NCBI GenBank assembly: GCA_963785305.1
Contig: CAWAUV010000007.1
Location: 2,016,001-2,080,000, forward strand
DNA from: an uncultured Planctomycetaceae bacterium
Lineage (GTDB): Bacteria > Planctomycetota > Planctomycetia > Pirellulales > PALSA-1355
DNA: 64,000 nucleotides
Reading direction: 5' to 3'
Below the pieces are notes generated by a model. The model made no database searches, was not told the DNA's origin, and saw nothing but the letters and a program-made list of their open reading frames with translations. How positions within the stretch are numbered: position 1 is the first letter of the stretch; each line of letters starts with the position of its first letter. Of this stretch, positions 21,201-31,548 are shown piece after piece. The translations under genes were made by a program, and so were the position numbers.

Positions 21201-21668
21201 TCGTTCGGCAAATAGTGGTTCGGCAAAAAGCCATTTTGGTGAATAGCGATTGCCCCTCGCGGAGCCTTGCCATGGCGGAGCCGGCGACAACAGCCGTCGG
21301 TCCCTATCTTCCCGACCTCGTTGCGGTGCTTGCAGGCACGCTCGAAAGCATGTTCGCGCGGCTCGGGCTGTTTGCCTTGGCAACATGGCTCGGCATCTAT
21401 CTCGGACTCCATCTACTCACAATCCACGCTTCGTTGTTCGCGGCGGTCGACCGCTGGCCCCTGCTGATGGCGACGGCCCTCGCGACGCCCCTGATCTCGC
21501 TGACCGCGGTATGCAACGCGCTGGCGATGGCCCGGCCCGCCCTTTTCTTCCGCTGGCAATCGACTAAGCTTCGCATTAGGACGATCTCGCCCGTGCTCGA
21601 CTTGGCGTCCGCGTTTCAAAACCGCGGCCTGGCCCCGCAGTCCCGGCGGATGGCGATCGCTCCGTTTT

Positions 21669-22922
21669 TTGCTCGCATCACGGAGGGTTTGCCGCGTGAC
21701 GAAGTTGGCGTTCGCAAGTTTCGCGATCTTGGCGCTCGCCGGTCATATTGGCCTGTGGAACGGCCTCATCAATCGCTTGCACGGCACGGGCGTCGAACGC
21801 TGGACGATGAAGGCGATAACGCTGGTGTTGCGGGCTGTTGTTATGCTGCCGCTCGTGATTGGCGCGGGGCTGGCCGTGTGCTGGTGGCGACTGGGCGATT
21901 TGCCAATGGACGCGCTCCCGGACATGGACAGTGGCGATTCGCCGCATTCGACCCTGGAACGATCCCTCGGGCTCTTGATCTACGCGAGCCTGTGCGAGAT
22001 GATCGCCGCGGTTTACTATCCGCGCTGGTGGCTCGACCGCCGCCGGCCCCGGCCGAAGTTTCTCGACACCCGGCGCCGCACGATTTTCATCGAGCGCGAG
22101 CTCGGCGCCCGGCCGGTTGCCGGACTCTGGTCCAATGCGTGGTCGCGTTTGCCGGGCAACCAGTTTCTGGCGCCCGAATTGGTCGAATACACGTTGGAAA
22201 TCCCCCGCTTGCCGGCGGAGCTCGATGGCCTTTCGCTCATGCACCTGACGGATTTACATGTGAGCGGGCGAATGCTGCGGCCCTATTATCAGCGGATGAT
22301 GGAGCTCGTGGCCGAGCATGAGCCGGACTTGCTCTGCGTGACCGGCGATATTTGCGAAAAGGCGAAGTACATTCCGCTGGCGGCTGAAATGCTCGCCCTC
22401 GCGCCGGCCCGAGCGGGGAAATTCTTCGTGCTTGGCAATCACGACACACGAACCCATGCGGTGCCCGAATTGCGAGCCGCGCTCACTGCCGGCGGCTGCC
22501 AGGACTTGGGCGGGGTGTGGCGCGAGATATCGATTCGCGGCGCGCGCGTCGTGCTCGGCGGCGATGAGCGACCGTGGCATCATGAGCCGCTCGATCCGCG
22601 GGCGGCGGGCCCGCGCGACCCACGCTCCCCGGAGTTGCGAATCGTGTTGATGCATTCGCCCGATCGCTTGGGCGTGGCCGTGGCGGCCGACGCGGATTTT
22701 TCGCTCGCCGGACATACCCATGGCGGGCAAATTCGATTTCCAGGTATCGGAGCGATTGTGTGCCCGAGCGTGCATGGTCTGCGATACGATATGGGGTTGT
22801 TTCGCGAGGCGTCGACGCTGCTCTACGTGGGCCGCGGGCTGTGTTCGCTTACTCCGGTGCGGCTCGGCTGCCGCCCCGAGCTCACGCGGTTTGTATTTCG
22901 CGCGCCCGTCGGCCGCGGTTGA
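21669..22922 (+). CDS. Membrane-anchored metallophosphoesterase (YkuE-like)
   Basis: DLH, TGD, GNHD, MHSPD and GHTHGGQ motifs. Confidence 0.9.
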   Translation: MLASRRVCRVTKLAFASFAILALAGHIGLWNGLINRLHGTGVERWTMKAITLVLRAVVMLPLVIGAGLAVCWWRLGDLPMDALPDMDSGDSPHSTLERSLGLLIYASLCEMIAAVYYPRWWLDRRRPRPKFLDTRRRTIFIERELGARPVAGLWSNAWSRLPGNQFLAPELVEYTLEIPRLPAELDGLSLMHLTDLHVSGRMLRPYYQRMMELVAEHEPDLLCVTGDICEKAKYIPLAAEMLALAPARAGKFFVLGNHDTRTHAVPELRAALTAGGCQDLGGVWREISIRGARVVLGGDERPWHHEPLDPRAAGPRDPRSPELRIVLMHSPDRLGVAVAADADFSLAGHTHGGQIRFPGIGAIVCPSVHGLRYDMGLFREASTLLYVGRGLCSLTPVRLGCRPELTRFVFRAPVGRG

Positions 22923-22949
22923 CCGAAGTTCTTTTGGGGACTCTTTGCG

Positions 22950-23830
22950 ATGGGTTCGATTCTCTGGGGGCCGCTCGTGGCGGCAGCGGCGCTAGCCGCG
23001 GCGCTGATGGCGTTCTTCGTGATCCGTTGGCGACGGTCGGGCCTGCGGCCCTTCCAATACTCGCTGCTGGCCTTCAATCGCGTGTTGGCTCGGGGACTGT
23101 GGCGGGCCACGATCAACCATTCGCTTCCGGTCGCCGATGACGCGGGCGCCGTGATCGTGTCGAACCATCGCAGCAGCGTCGAGCCGATGCTCATTCAGCT
23201 TGGCACCAAGCGCATCGTGCATTGGATGGTGGCCCGGGAATATGTCGAAGCGCCGGTGCTCTCGGTCATGTTCAAAGCGCTCGAGAGCATTCCGGTCGGG
23301 CGGCGCGGTGTCGACACCGCTTCGACCAAGCAGGCGATTCGCCTCGCCCAGCAAGGCAACTTGGTGGGCATTTTTCCCGAAGGGCGAATTAATATCTCGG
23401 AGGAGCTGCTGATGCCCGGGCGGCCGGGGGCGGCGCTGGTGGCGCTCAAGGCCGAAGTGCCGTTGATTCCCTGTTATGTCCGGGGCGCGCCTACGGCGGC
23501 AAAGTCTGGACCCCCATCATCACGCCAGCGCGCGTGCATGTGACGATCGGCGAGCCGATCGATATCGCGCCCTATCTGGAGCTCTCGCGCGACGATGGCA
23601 AAGCGGCCCAGCGCGAACTCACGCTCCGCATCCTCCGCGAGATCGCGGCCCTGGCCGGAGCGAAAGACTACCAGCCTCGGCTAGCCGGCCGCTTGTGGGC
23701 CCCGGCCGACGATGAAGCTTCGGCCGATGATCGGGCAAGCGATGATTCGCGCGCCGGCGACGATATCGAGGGCGACGAATCCGAAGGCGACGTCGACGAC
23801 ACGTCGAAGAGCGGCAATTCCCCGGCCTAG
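22950..23830 (+). CDS. Lysophospholipid acyltransferase (PlsC family), frameshift near 23490
   Basis: SNHRSSVE (HX4D/E) and IFPEG motifs. Confidence 0.85.
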
Positions 23831-23855
23831 CGGCTGGCGTGCCGGCGACGACGCG

Positions 23856-24924
23856 TCACTCGGTTGCAAGGTCATGCGTGCCCAGTTTGAAGTGGGGCAC
23901 GCCGGGCATGAATTCGATTTTCGCCCTTTGCCGCTCTTGCTGCGCGAGCGCGAGAAACAGCGCCTGCGAGACCGGGGCCCTGAGCTGGTCGCGCACATCG
24001 GTCCATTTCTTCTCGCCCGGCTTCACTTCCGTGACCAGAATCAAATGCACGCCGAAGTGCGTCGCCACCGGCTGGCTGATTTTGTCGGGCTCGAGTTGAA
24101 ACGCCGCTTGGGCAAACGATTCTTCCATCGCCCCGTGGCGGGAAATGAAACCCAGGTCGCCGCCATGCTCGCGGCTGGGGCCGGCCGAGTACGCGCCGCG
24201 CGGCGTCTTCAAACGTGAGCTTGCCCGCGACGATCTTCTCGCGGAGCTCGGCCGCTTCGGCGAGCAGCTTCTTGATTGCTTCTTGATCGCCGCTCAGCGC
24301 GGGCCGCAACAAGATATGGCTCACACGAACTTCGGTCCCGTCGAAATCGGCATGGTGGGCATCGAAAAACGCCTGATAGGCCGTGTCGCTCATTTTGCTC
24401 TGCACGAACCTTTCCCAGAGCGTTTGCCAAGCCAGCCGGGCGCGAAACTCGCTTTCGGTCTGCCGCTGCTCGGCCAGGAAACTCTCGAAGGATATCTTTT
24501 GTTGGTCAAGCTGCATCCGGATTTGCTTTTCGGCCAGCCCGACTTGGGCATCGGAGATCGAGGCGCCGGTGCGCTTCACCAATTGCTCGACCAGCAGCCG
24601 GTCGATGAGCTGCGCGAGCACTTCGGCACTGAGCGTGGTCGTGCCCTCGGCATTGACCTGACGACCGGCCAACACGCGCCGCACGCCGCTCTCGACCTCG
24701 CTCCGCTCGATCGCCTGGCCGTTGACGATCGCCGCCGCGCCCTTGGCGCCGCCAGAGTCGGGGGCCGATGCCTCGCGCTCGCTCGCGCCGCCCGCGGCAA
24801 GCGCCGCGGGCGGCGCAAGCGCGATCGCGAGTCCGATACATGCCCACAGATTTGCCCAGCGGGGGCGGCGACATCGCATCGAGCGCTCAACGCGGGCGCG
24901 GTTCCGCATGCTTTGCATTCGCAT
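23856..24924 (-). CDS. Parvulin/SurA-type peptidyl-prolyl isomerase, frameshift near 24200
   Basis: VRVSHILL, GGDLGFI and ISQPVATHFGVHLI motifs. Confidence 0.88.
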
Positions 24925-24935
24925 ATTCGATTTCG

Positions 24936-26249
24936 TTAGGGCAAGGGAAGGTCGTGGAATTCATAGTCCACCGGCAGTTCCAAAATCGCGAGCGGAGTGC
25001 GATAGACAAAGGCCAAACCGGCAAGGCTGTCGGTGGCGTCGAACAGATATTTGATGCCCACTTCGTCGCGCGATTCGCGGGTTTGCTCGTAGCTGGCCGG
25101 CGCGATCCGGGCGCCGTCGGCGCTTTCGAAATAGGCGTCGTTATCGAAAATCCAGCCGCGGTGCGATTCGAGCGAGTCGCCCGGCTCGTCGAATTTGGCT
25201 CGCACATCGACTTCCCATGCTTCGTTGTTCTTCCGAATCCGATCGAGCGACACCGTGACGGCCGCCTTGCGCTGCTCGACGCGCTTGGGCTCGCCGCCGC
25301 CTTTGGCCAACGGCAGTTCGGTGAAGCGAAACTCCTCGGCCGGGCCCGAGACGAGCGCTTTGATGTGTCCCTTGAGCGTGTCGATTTTGCCGACCGATCG
25401 GGGCGGCAGCACGAGCGGAATCTGGAGCTCGACGCTGGTGTGGTCGCCGGTGACGGAAGTTTCGGGCTCGGCGCCTTCGTTATCCACGGCGATTTCGCCC
25501 TCGCTGCTTGTGGCGCGGATCGTGGCCAGCGGTTGAACGAGCGTGATCGGGCGGAGCCGCGGTTCCCAAGCCACTTCGAGAAACAATTTCAGCGATCGGC
25601 TGTCGCGCCTTTGCAAATCGACTTCGGCTTCGAGCCTCGTGGGCGCGATGCGAAATGGCCCGCTATAGCTGACGAATTGACTTCGGGGCGATTGACCCGG
25701 CGCGCGATGGATCACATGGATCGAGCGCGCCGAGCCATAGTTGTAGACCGAGAGATTGGTTGCATCCAGGATTTGATCGAGCGCTTGCCAGAAAGGGCGA
25801 TGATCGAATTCGAGCGTGATATTCGTCGCCGCCGGCGCGTCGCCGAAGTCCTCGCGGCGATCGACCACCGAGTTGCCGCTCTGTTTGCTGATCGTGGCGA
25901 GCACTTCAGCCAGCGGCATGTCGACCGCATGCAGGCTCACGACACTGGCCCGCGTGGAAGCTTCCACTTGCCGCAACATGAGCGATTGCCGCACCCGGCG
26001 CAGCCGCTCGCTGACCTCGGCTGGCGTGCGATCGTTTACCGGCGGCAAGAGCGGCAACACCTCGGGGCCCAGTTCGACCAAGCCCTTTTCGGCGGCTTCG
26101 CGTTCGGCCAAATCGCGAGCATTGAGCGAACGAACCAGCTTCTTGGTTTCGGCGGCCACATCGGCCGCGCGGGCCGACGGGGCGGCCGCGATCAGGAACA
26201 TGGCGACGAGAGCCCAAACCGCCCGAAGGCTCGGCGAGTGGCGATTCAT
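24936..26249 (-). CDS. Conserved planctomycete-type secreted hypothetical protein
   Basis: Signal peptide, HEAT-like helix pair (AEREAAEKGLVELGPEVLPLL), an STN-like segment and a beta-rich C-terminus. Confidence 0.7.
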   Translation of the reverse strand: MNRHSPSLRAVWALVAMFLIAAAPSARAADVAAETKKLVRSLNARDLAEREAAEKGLVELGPEVLPLLPPVNDRTPAEVSERLRRVRQSLMLRQVEASTRASVVSLHAVDMPLAEVLATISKQSGNSVVDRREDFGDAPAATNITLEFDHRPFWQALDQILDATNLSVYNYGSARSIHVIHRAPGQSPRSQFVSYSGPFRIAPTRLEAEVDLQRRDSRSLKLFLEVAWEPRLRPITLVQPLATIRATSSEGEIAVDNEGAEPETSVTGDHTSVELQIPLVLPPRSVGKIDTLKGHIKALVSGPAEEFRFTELPLAKGGGEPKRVEQRKAAVTVSLDRIRKNNEAWEVDVRAKFDEPGDSLESHRGWIFDNDAYFESADGARIAPASYEQTRESRDEVGIKYLFDATDSLAGLAFVYRTPLAILELPVDYEFHDLPLP

Positions 26250-26384
26250 GGGAGAAGCTCCGAAAGTTCGGCGAACGAGCCGCGTTAAAAACCGGAAAAC
26301 CGGCCGAACCCGCTCCGGGCGCGGGAACCGGCCTCTTGGTTCGATTCTACGGCCTCGCGCCGCGGGCGCCAACCGCTCGCCCTC

Positions 26385-26425
26385 GGCCTAGCAGCGTGTT
26401 GAATATTTCAACAGGCTGCTAGGCC
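26385..26425. repeat. 41-bp palindrome resembling fused IS terminal repeats (copy 1 of 4)
   Basis: GGCCTAGCAGCGTGTTGAA-TAT-TTCAACAGGCTGCTAGGCC with one mismatch. Confidence 0.85.
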
Positions 26426-26458
26426 CGCGCACAGCCCTGTTTTCAATGTAGGCTTTTC

Positions 26459-27631
26459 TTGGCGGCTTGTTTGGTGGGGTTGCCGGTGGCGCGGCAATTG
26501 CAAGACCTGCGGGGGGATCGATGCGCGGCGATCGTGAGCGATGGATTATTTCGGGCTGGACACTATGCGCTAGGCGCCGCCCTAGGCAGCGCTCTAGGAA
26601 ACGCCAGGGGCGCTACTCCCGCCCCGCGGCCGATGATGGAAATTCACTGTAAAACGAACGCCTTCGAGGCCACGCTCCTCCGTTCGGGCGGCCATCAAAT
26701 GGAGTGGCTTGCCCGCGATGGCCGGCTCTGGAGCCTCGACGATCGGACGATCGTGAGCTCGCGCAAGTTGGCGATGCCGTTTCGCGGCGCGGCGCCGGCC
26801 GAAGTGCGCGCGGCGCTCGAGCGCGAAGTCGATGGCCGGCTGAGTGTCGGCGGTGTGGGATGTTTTGTCGTGGCCGCGCCCCAGGGGCAAACGCGGCTTT
26901 GGAGCCGGCGGTTCGAGGGGCTTTATCGTTCGTTCGTGCATTACTTCGCCGTGCGGGGGCTCGCGCCGCGCGAGCCCGAGTTTCCACTCGTGGCCGTGGT
27001 GTGGCCGAGTCAGGCCGAATTCCTGGAGCGGGCCCACCAGGAAGGTTATAAGATCGGCGCCGGGGTGCTTGGATATTATTCGCCGGAATCGAATCGTGTG
27101 TCGCTCTATGATTCGGCGCCGCTGCGTGGCGGCGATTGGGGACAAACGGCCAGCGTCATCATTCACGAAGCGACCCATCAAACCGCGTTCAACACCGGCC
27201 TGCACAACCGCTTCTCGCCGCCACCGCGCTGGCTGGCCGAGGGGCTGGGCATGATGTTCGAGGCGCCCGGAGTGTGGAATAGCGAGCGCTACCCGCAAGC
27301 GGCTCAGCGGGTGAATCGCGAGCGCTTGGCCAGTTTTCGGCTGTGGCTCGCCAGGGGACGCAACGCCCAAACATGGCTCGACCTGGTGGCGAGTGACGCG
27401 ATGTTCGGCCGCCGGCCGGTTGAGGCGTATGCCGAGAGTTGGGCGTTTAGCTTCTATTTAGCGGAGACTTCGCCAAGCAAATACAACGCGCTGCTCAAAC
27501 GCACCGCCGCCAAGCCCGACTTCTCGACCGACACCGCCGCGACGCGGTTGGCCGACTTCCACGCGATTTTCGGCGACCGCGACGCAATGCTCGAAGCCGA
27601 CTTCTTGCGCTACATGGCGGCGATTCGCTGA
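26459..27631 (+). CDS. DUF1570 domain protein (zincin-like); start uncertain
   Basis: GYYSPESNR, IIHEATHQTAFNTG, WLAEGLG and AYAESWA motifs. Confidence 0.85.
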   Translation: MAACLVGLPVARQLQDLRGDRCAAIVSDGLFRAGHYALGAALGSALGNARGATPAPRPMMEIHCKTNAFEATLLRSGGHQMEWLARDGRLWSLDDRTIVSSRKLAMPFRGAAPAEVRAALEREVDGRLSVGGVGCFVVAAPQGQTRLWSRRFEGLYRSFVHYFAVRGLAPREPEFPLVAVVWPSQAEFLERAHQEGYKIGAGVLGYYSPESNRVSLYDSAPLRGGDWGQTASVIIHEATHQTAFNTGLHNRFSPPPRWLAEGLGMMFEAPGVWNSERYPQAAQRVNRERLASFRLWLARGRNAQTWLDLVASDAMFGRRPVEAYAESWAFSFYLAETSPSKYNALLKRTAAKPDFSTDTAATRLADFHAIFGDRDAMLEADFLRYMAAIR

Positions 27632-27696
27632 CGACGGAGACGGCGGCATTGCGCGATCGCGCACCGAATGATTCGATAGGTTTTTATAGATCCGGA

Positions 27697-30312
27697 TTAA
27701 GATTCTTCAATGCCTAATTCGGCTTCTTCCACAAGTTCACTTGCGCAAAGGTCGGCTTGGAGTTTCTCGATGGCAACTCGCAGCGGCTCGTAAATGGCAA
27801 TTTCCTGACCGACGATCTCAAATGTCACGGCCAGCGTGTAGTTGGCCGTGTTGTCGGGGTCTTCGCTCCAGCCTTTATGGCCGCGCACCGCAATGCAAAA
27901 ATCTTCCGGCAAGGCATTCGAGCGAACGTAGGCCCAGTCTTTCTGAACGGTTCCGATGCTCCGGCGAACGTCGGCGATTTGCCCGTCGCTGGATCGGGGG
28001 CTGATCGTCCAGCGAAAACTTTTTCCTTCGCGGATGGCCTGATCTTCAATCTTCACGGCACGGGAAACAAACGAATCCAAACGCTCTTCTTTGCGATTGC
28101 TCATCCAGTCGAGCCATGTGGAGAGATAACCGCGATGTGTGCGGCGGGTACGTCGCGGCTCTGCCGCATAGGACAGCGTGACTTCGACCAGGATGTTGTA
28201 GTCCAGCCCGGCTCGGCGAATCGCATCGGGGATCGGCACTTGATAGACGTGGCAACCGCCCGGCTTGATTCCCTGCTCCCCGGCCGTGATGAACGTAGTA
28301 CGGTAATCGGTGTTGGTCGTCGCCCGGTCAATGTCTGGCACGCCGTATCCAATGCGGGCAATCAAGGCCGTCCGTTCTTCCGCGGGCAAGTCCCTTGCCC
28401 AGTCGGGCCAGCGAGCCGATTGAACAATCAAGGCGCGATACAGGAGGCACGATTCCTCGGGCAACACGTCCTGGAGGCGTGCAGCGATACGGGTAACCTT
28501 TGGTGCTGCGTAAGATGTGCCAACATCATCGCGGTCAAATGCCGGGCCACCATGTAGCGTTGATCGAATGAGGGGCGGATAGCATTCCTTGGCATGGCTC
28601 GGTGCGGAAACACTCGGCGTATCGCCGGGCGTTCGCAAGAAATCGCCTCCGAACTCAACGACTTCAGGCTTGATCGAATCCCAAATACCAAGACCGCACC
28701 GGCTGAACGCGGAAGGTTCGCCGGGCCGGGACGCAAAACTACGCCAGTCGTGCTGTTCATAAACGCCATAGCCCACGGAGCCGACCGTTAGTGCCTGAAG
28801 GCTCTGTGCCGGGTTCGATAATCGGCAGGACTGTTCAGCAAGATATGCTGGATATGGTTTGCCCGCCGAAAGGAACTCGGCGACACCGGCTTTCGGTGCA
28901 GCGGCCGAAGGCCGTAAGTTGCCGATGCTCTGAATGAAAAGGATGTCGTGTTCGTTGCACAAACGGTCAATCTCGGCCGCCCATGCCGACATGTGCCTGG
29001 TGCGACATGGGGCATCGGCATTGATCGAATGGTTGTAAATGCGGGTCTTGCGCGGTCCCTTGTGATAATGCTGTACCACTTCGCGAATCAACGCGGGTGG
29101 TAGGATTTCATCGGGGAGCTTGCAATTGCCATCTAAGACGCGGGCATTTTGAATCCAGGTTTGCGACTGGTGCGTTCCCGCTTCGGGGATATCGTCAGCA
29201 TAAAGGACCGCACCGGCAACGCGCGTTCCGTGACCGCCGTTGCGAACATGATCGGCAATTTCGGTTGGTTGCGTATCGGGCAAGAAACAACGTGAGGAGT
29301 CCTTGTCGATAGCAGGTTCCAGGTGCAGACGGCCTTCCTGGATGCCGCTGTCGATGACACAAACCACCGGAGCGTCTTGCGACGGCGGCGAAATCGTCAG
29401 GCGAGTCTGGATATCGCGAAGTTGCCGGGTATGTTGTTGCGGCAACTCGATTTCATCAGGCTCCGTGACTTCAAAAACGTAGGGGTGATTGACGATGAGG
29501 TCTTTGAGCCCCCGCCCCGATATGCGAATCCGCAACTCGAAATAATCCGGCGGAGCGTCCGAATTCGGCGCGGTGTCGCCGGTAATCTCGCCCTTGTAGA
29601 AGCCGATGAAATGTCGCACCGTGGCGAGCCGTTCATCTTTGAGCCGGTCCCATTGCTCATATGCTTCACTTTGGGCCTTCGACCATTCCGCTTCTTTCTT
29701 CGCCCATGTTTTGTCAGTCAGTCTTCCCCGCTTCGGCTTTTTGGGAAGAATCCAGTTTCCCTGGCAGGAGATGCTGACATCGACGATGTAAGGCGCATCG
29801 GTGTCGAGTTGAGGCAGTTCAGCAAACAACCGATCCGTGAGGATGCGACGTAACCGCTCTTCGCTGGTCAGGTCTTCACGAAGTTCGTGGATTTTGGCAA
29901 TCCCCGCCGATCCCTCGATGCTGCCGATGAAATCGTTAAGCTTCCCTCGGAAGTAATCGAGTGACTCGTCTTCGGTTGCAACGATGACAAAGCCATCGTC
30001 CTGTTCGGAGATAATCTCAAACCCGAAGAAATGGCGCAGGTCATCGATGTCGAGCACCGGATCGATTTGGAGCAACAACGGTATGCCCTTATCGATTGCC
30101 GGAAGCCCGGCTTGCGTCCGGGATTCACGCTTTGCATTCCAGTTCGCGGTGACCGTGCTGACCTGGCCACTCAGTTTCGAGCTATGTGCCGTCCGGTTTT
30201 TTCGATTGGATTTCGTCAGCTCGGTTTCGACGAAATGTGGCTTTCGATACCGCGCGTCGCCATCTTCGCGGCGGACTAACGGTAAATGCTCGAATTGGTG
30301 TGGCCCCGGCAT
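27697..30312 (-). CDS. S8 (subtilase) serine peptidase, IetS-like
   Basis: Catalytic triad VCVIDSG / GHGTRVAG / GTSYAAP plus KPEVVEFGG. No signal peptide; 871 aa, intact. Confidence 0.92.
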   Translation of the reverse strand: MPGPHQFEHLPLVRREDGDARYRKPHFVETELTKSNRKNRTAHSSKLSGQVSTVTANWNAKRESRTQAGLPAIDKGIPLLLQIDPVLDIDDLRHFFGFEIISEQDDGFVIVATEDESLDYFRGKLNDFIGSIEGSAGIAKIHELREDLTSEERLRRILTDRLFAELPQLDTDAPYIVDVSISCQGNWILPKKPKRGRLTDKTWAKKEAEWSKAQSEAYEQWDRLKDERLATVRHFIGFYKGEITGDTAPNSDAPPDYFELRIRISGRGLKDLIVNHPYVFEVTEPDEIELPQQHTRQLRDIQTRLTISPPSQDAPVVCVIDSGIQEGRLHLEPAIDKDSSRCFLPDTQPTEIADHVRNGGHGTRVAGAVLYADDIPEAGTHQSQTWIQNARVLDGNCKLPDEILPPALIREVVQHYHKGPRKTRIYNHSINADAPCRTRHMSAWAAEIDRLCNEHDILFIQSIGNLRPSAAAPKAGVAEFLSAGKPYPAYLAEQSCRLSNPAQSLQALTVGSVGYGVYEQHDWRSFASRPGEPSAFSRCGLGIWDSIKPEVVEFGGDFLRTPGDTPSVSAPSHAKECYPPLIRSTLHGGPAFDRDDVGTSYAAPKVTRIAARLQDVLPEESCLLYRALIVQSARWPDWARDLPAEERTALIARIGYGVPDIDRATTNTDYRTTFITAGEQGIKPGGCHVYQVPIPDAIRRAGLDYNILVEVTLSYAAEPRRTRRTHRGYLSTWLDWMSNRKEERLDSFVSRAVKIEDQAIREGKSFRWTISPRSSDGQIADVRRSIGTVQKDWAYVRSNALPEDFCIAVRGHKGWSEDPDNTANYTLAVTFEIVGQEIAIYEPLRVAIEKLQADLCASELVEEAELGIEES

Positions 30313-30318
30313 GGTCGA

Positions 30319-31323
30319 TCATCCGTTGCGATGGTGTGAATCTGTTCGCTTTAATTCAGCGATGGCAGCCTTCAGATGAGTAACAGTGATGAGTTTCTGC
30401 CCCGCGAGCACAGCGGCCTTCGCAGCATCCTGGGCTGCCTTCACGACCATTGCCGCCGACACTCCCGATAGGCTTTGGACAATGCTATGCCAGTCCAGGT
30501 TCTCGACGACCGGAATGGACGACAGCGTCATTTTCAATAGATTTTCAATCTCGTCCGCTCCCGGCAGAGGCACGGAGAAAACATCATCGAATCGGCGAAA
30601 TAATGCTATGTCCAGCGAGTCTTCGACGTTCGTCGTTGCAACAAGCAGGCCGGGCGCTTCGTATTCTTCCATCAGCGTCAGCAAGGAATTGACGATACGC
30701 GAGGCCTCACCGATGTCTTTGGAGTTATTGCGCGAGCGTGCGATGAAGTCGCACTCGTCGAGCAGCAAAACGCAAGGGCGTTCCTTCGCCATCTCAAACA
30801 CCGCTCGCAGGTTGCTGGCGGATTCGCCGAAGTACGATGAAATCAACGCATCGAATCGCACCTTGAGCAACGGCAGGCCCACATTCCAGGCAAGACGCTT
30901 GGCTCCCAGCGATTTTCCACAACCCGGCGGACCGTAGAGAAGCACCGTCTTCCTGGGGCGAAGCCCATAGGCTCCCAGTCGCTCGCGTGCGGCAAACTCT
31001 TTTTCGATGCGTGCGAACCGCTCATCGATTTCCTTGGGGAGAACCATGTGATGTTCAAGCGATTCGCGCGGAATCAGCGTAACAAGCGATTCGCCATGAC
31101 GGCGGCTCGTGGGTAAGTCTTTCAGGCGGCCGGCTTCATTTGTTGCGTTCTGCTTCGATTTCGCGGAACGCGGGCGCGTGAGAATGGCTTCCAGTTGATC
31201 GGCAAGCTTACTGTGCCCGACCTGCCGTTCGGATTCGACGACCGTGTGAGCGAGCCGCTCCAGGTCCCCCTGGGACCCTTCCGCGATTGCGCGAACAAGG
31301 CGTTTTAGAATTTCTGCGTTCAT
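30319..31323 (-). CDS. AAA+ ATPase, IetA-like
   Basis: Walker A GPPGCGKS, Walker B LLLDECD, SRH TTN...LDIALFRRFD. Ends 6 bp before the S8 gene start. Confidence 0.93.
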   Translation of the reverse strand: MNAEILKRLVRAIAEGSQGDLERLAHTVVESERQVGHSKLADQLEAILTRPRSAKSKQNATNEAGRLKDLPTSRRHGESLVTLIPRESLEHHMVLPKEIDERFARIEKEFAARERLGAYGLRPRKTVLLYGPPGCGKSLGAKRLAWNVGLPLLKVRFDALISSYFGESASNLRAVFEMAKERPCVLLLDECDFIARSRNNSKDIGEASRIVNSLLTLMEEYEAPGLLVATTNVEDSLDIALFRRFDDVFSVPLPGADEIENLLKMTLSSIPVVENLDWHSIVQSLSGVSAAMVVKAAQDAAKAAVLAGQKLITVTHLKAAIAELKRTDSHHRNG

Positions 31324-31548
31324 GACAAATCCGCTTTGGTTATCTCGTTCATTTAAATCAAGCGTTTTTCATCCGCGTAATCACGGCATGTGCTCTATCG
31401 GCGGTCTTTTGTTCGCTTACGGTTCGCGGGCTATCCCATAATGCCAGCATTCCGCGTTCGACGTCGCGAAGGTGTCCCGGCAAGTCATTTTAGCTGCGGA
31501 AGTTTGCGCTGCCACGCAAGCGAGGGCACGAAAGTTGAGTTTCGGCGC

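Noticed and set aside
21215..21668. Possible small membrane protein upstream of the metallophosphoesterase
   Set aside because: A hydrophobic stretch is present, but there is no clear start, stop or family motif, so it was not called.
27632..31548. Direct repeats or att sites bounding the ATPase-protease cassette
   Set aside because: No matching flanking repeats or mobility gene were found by eye.
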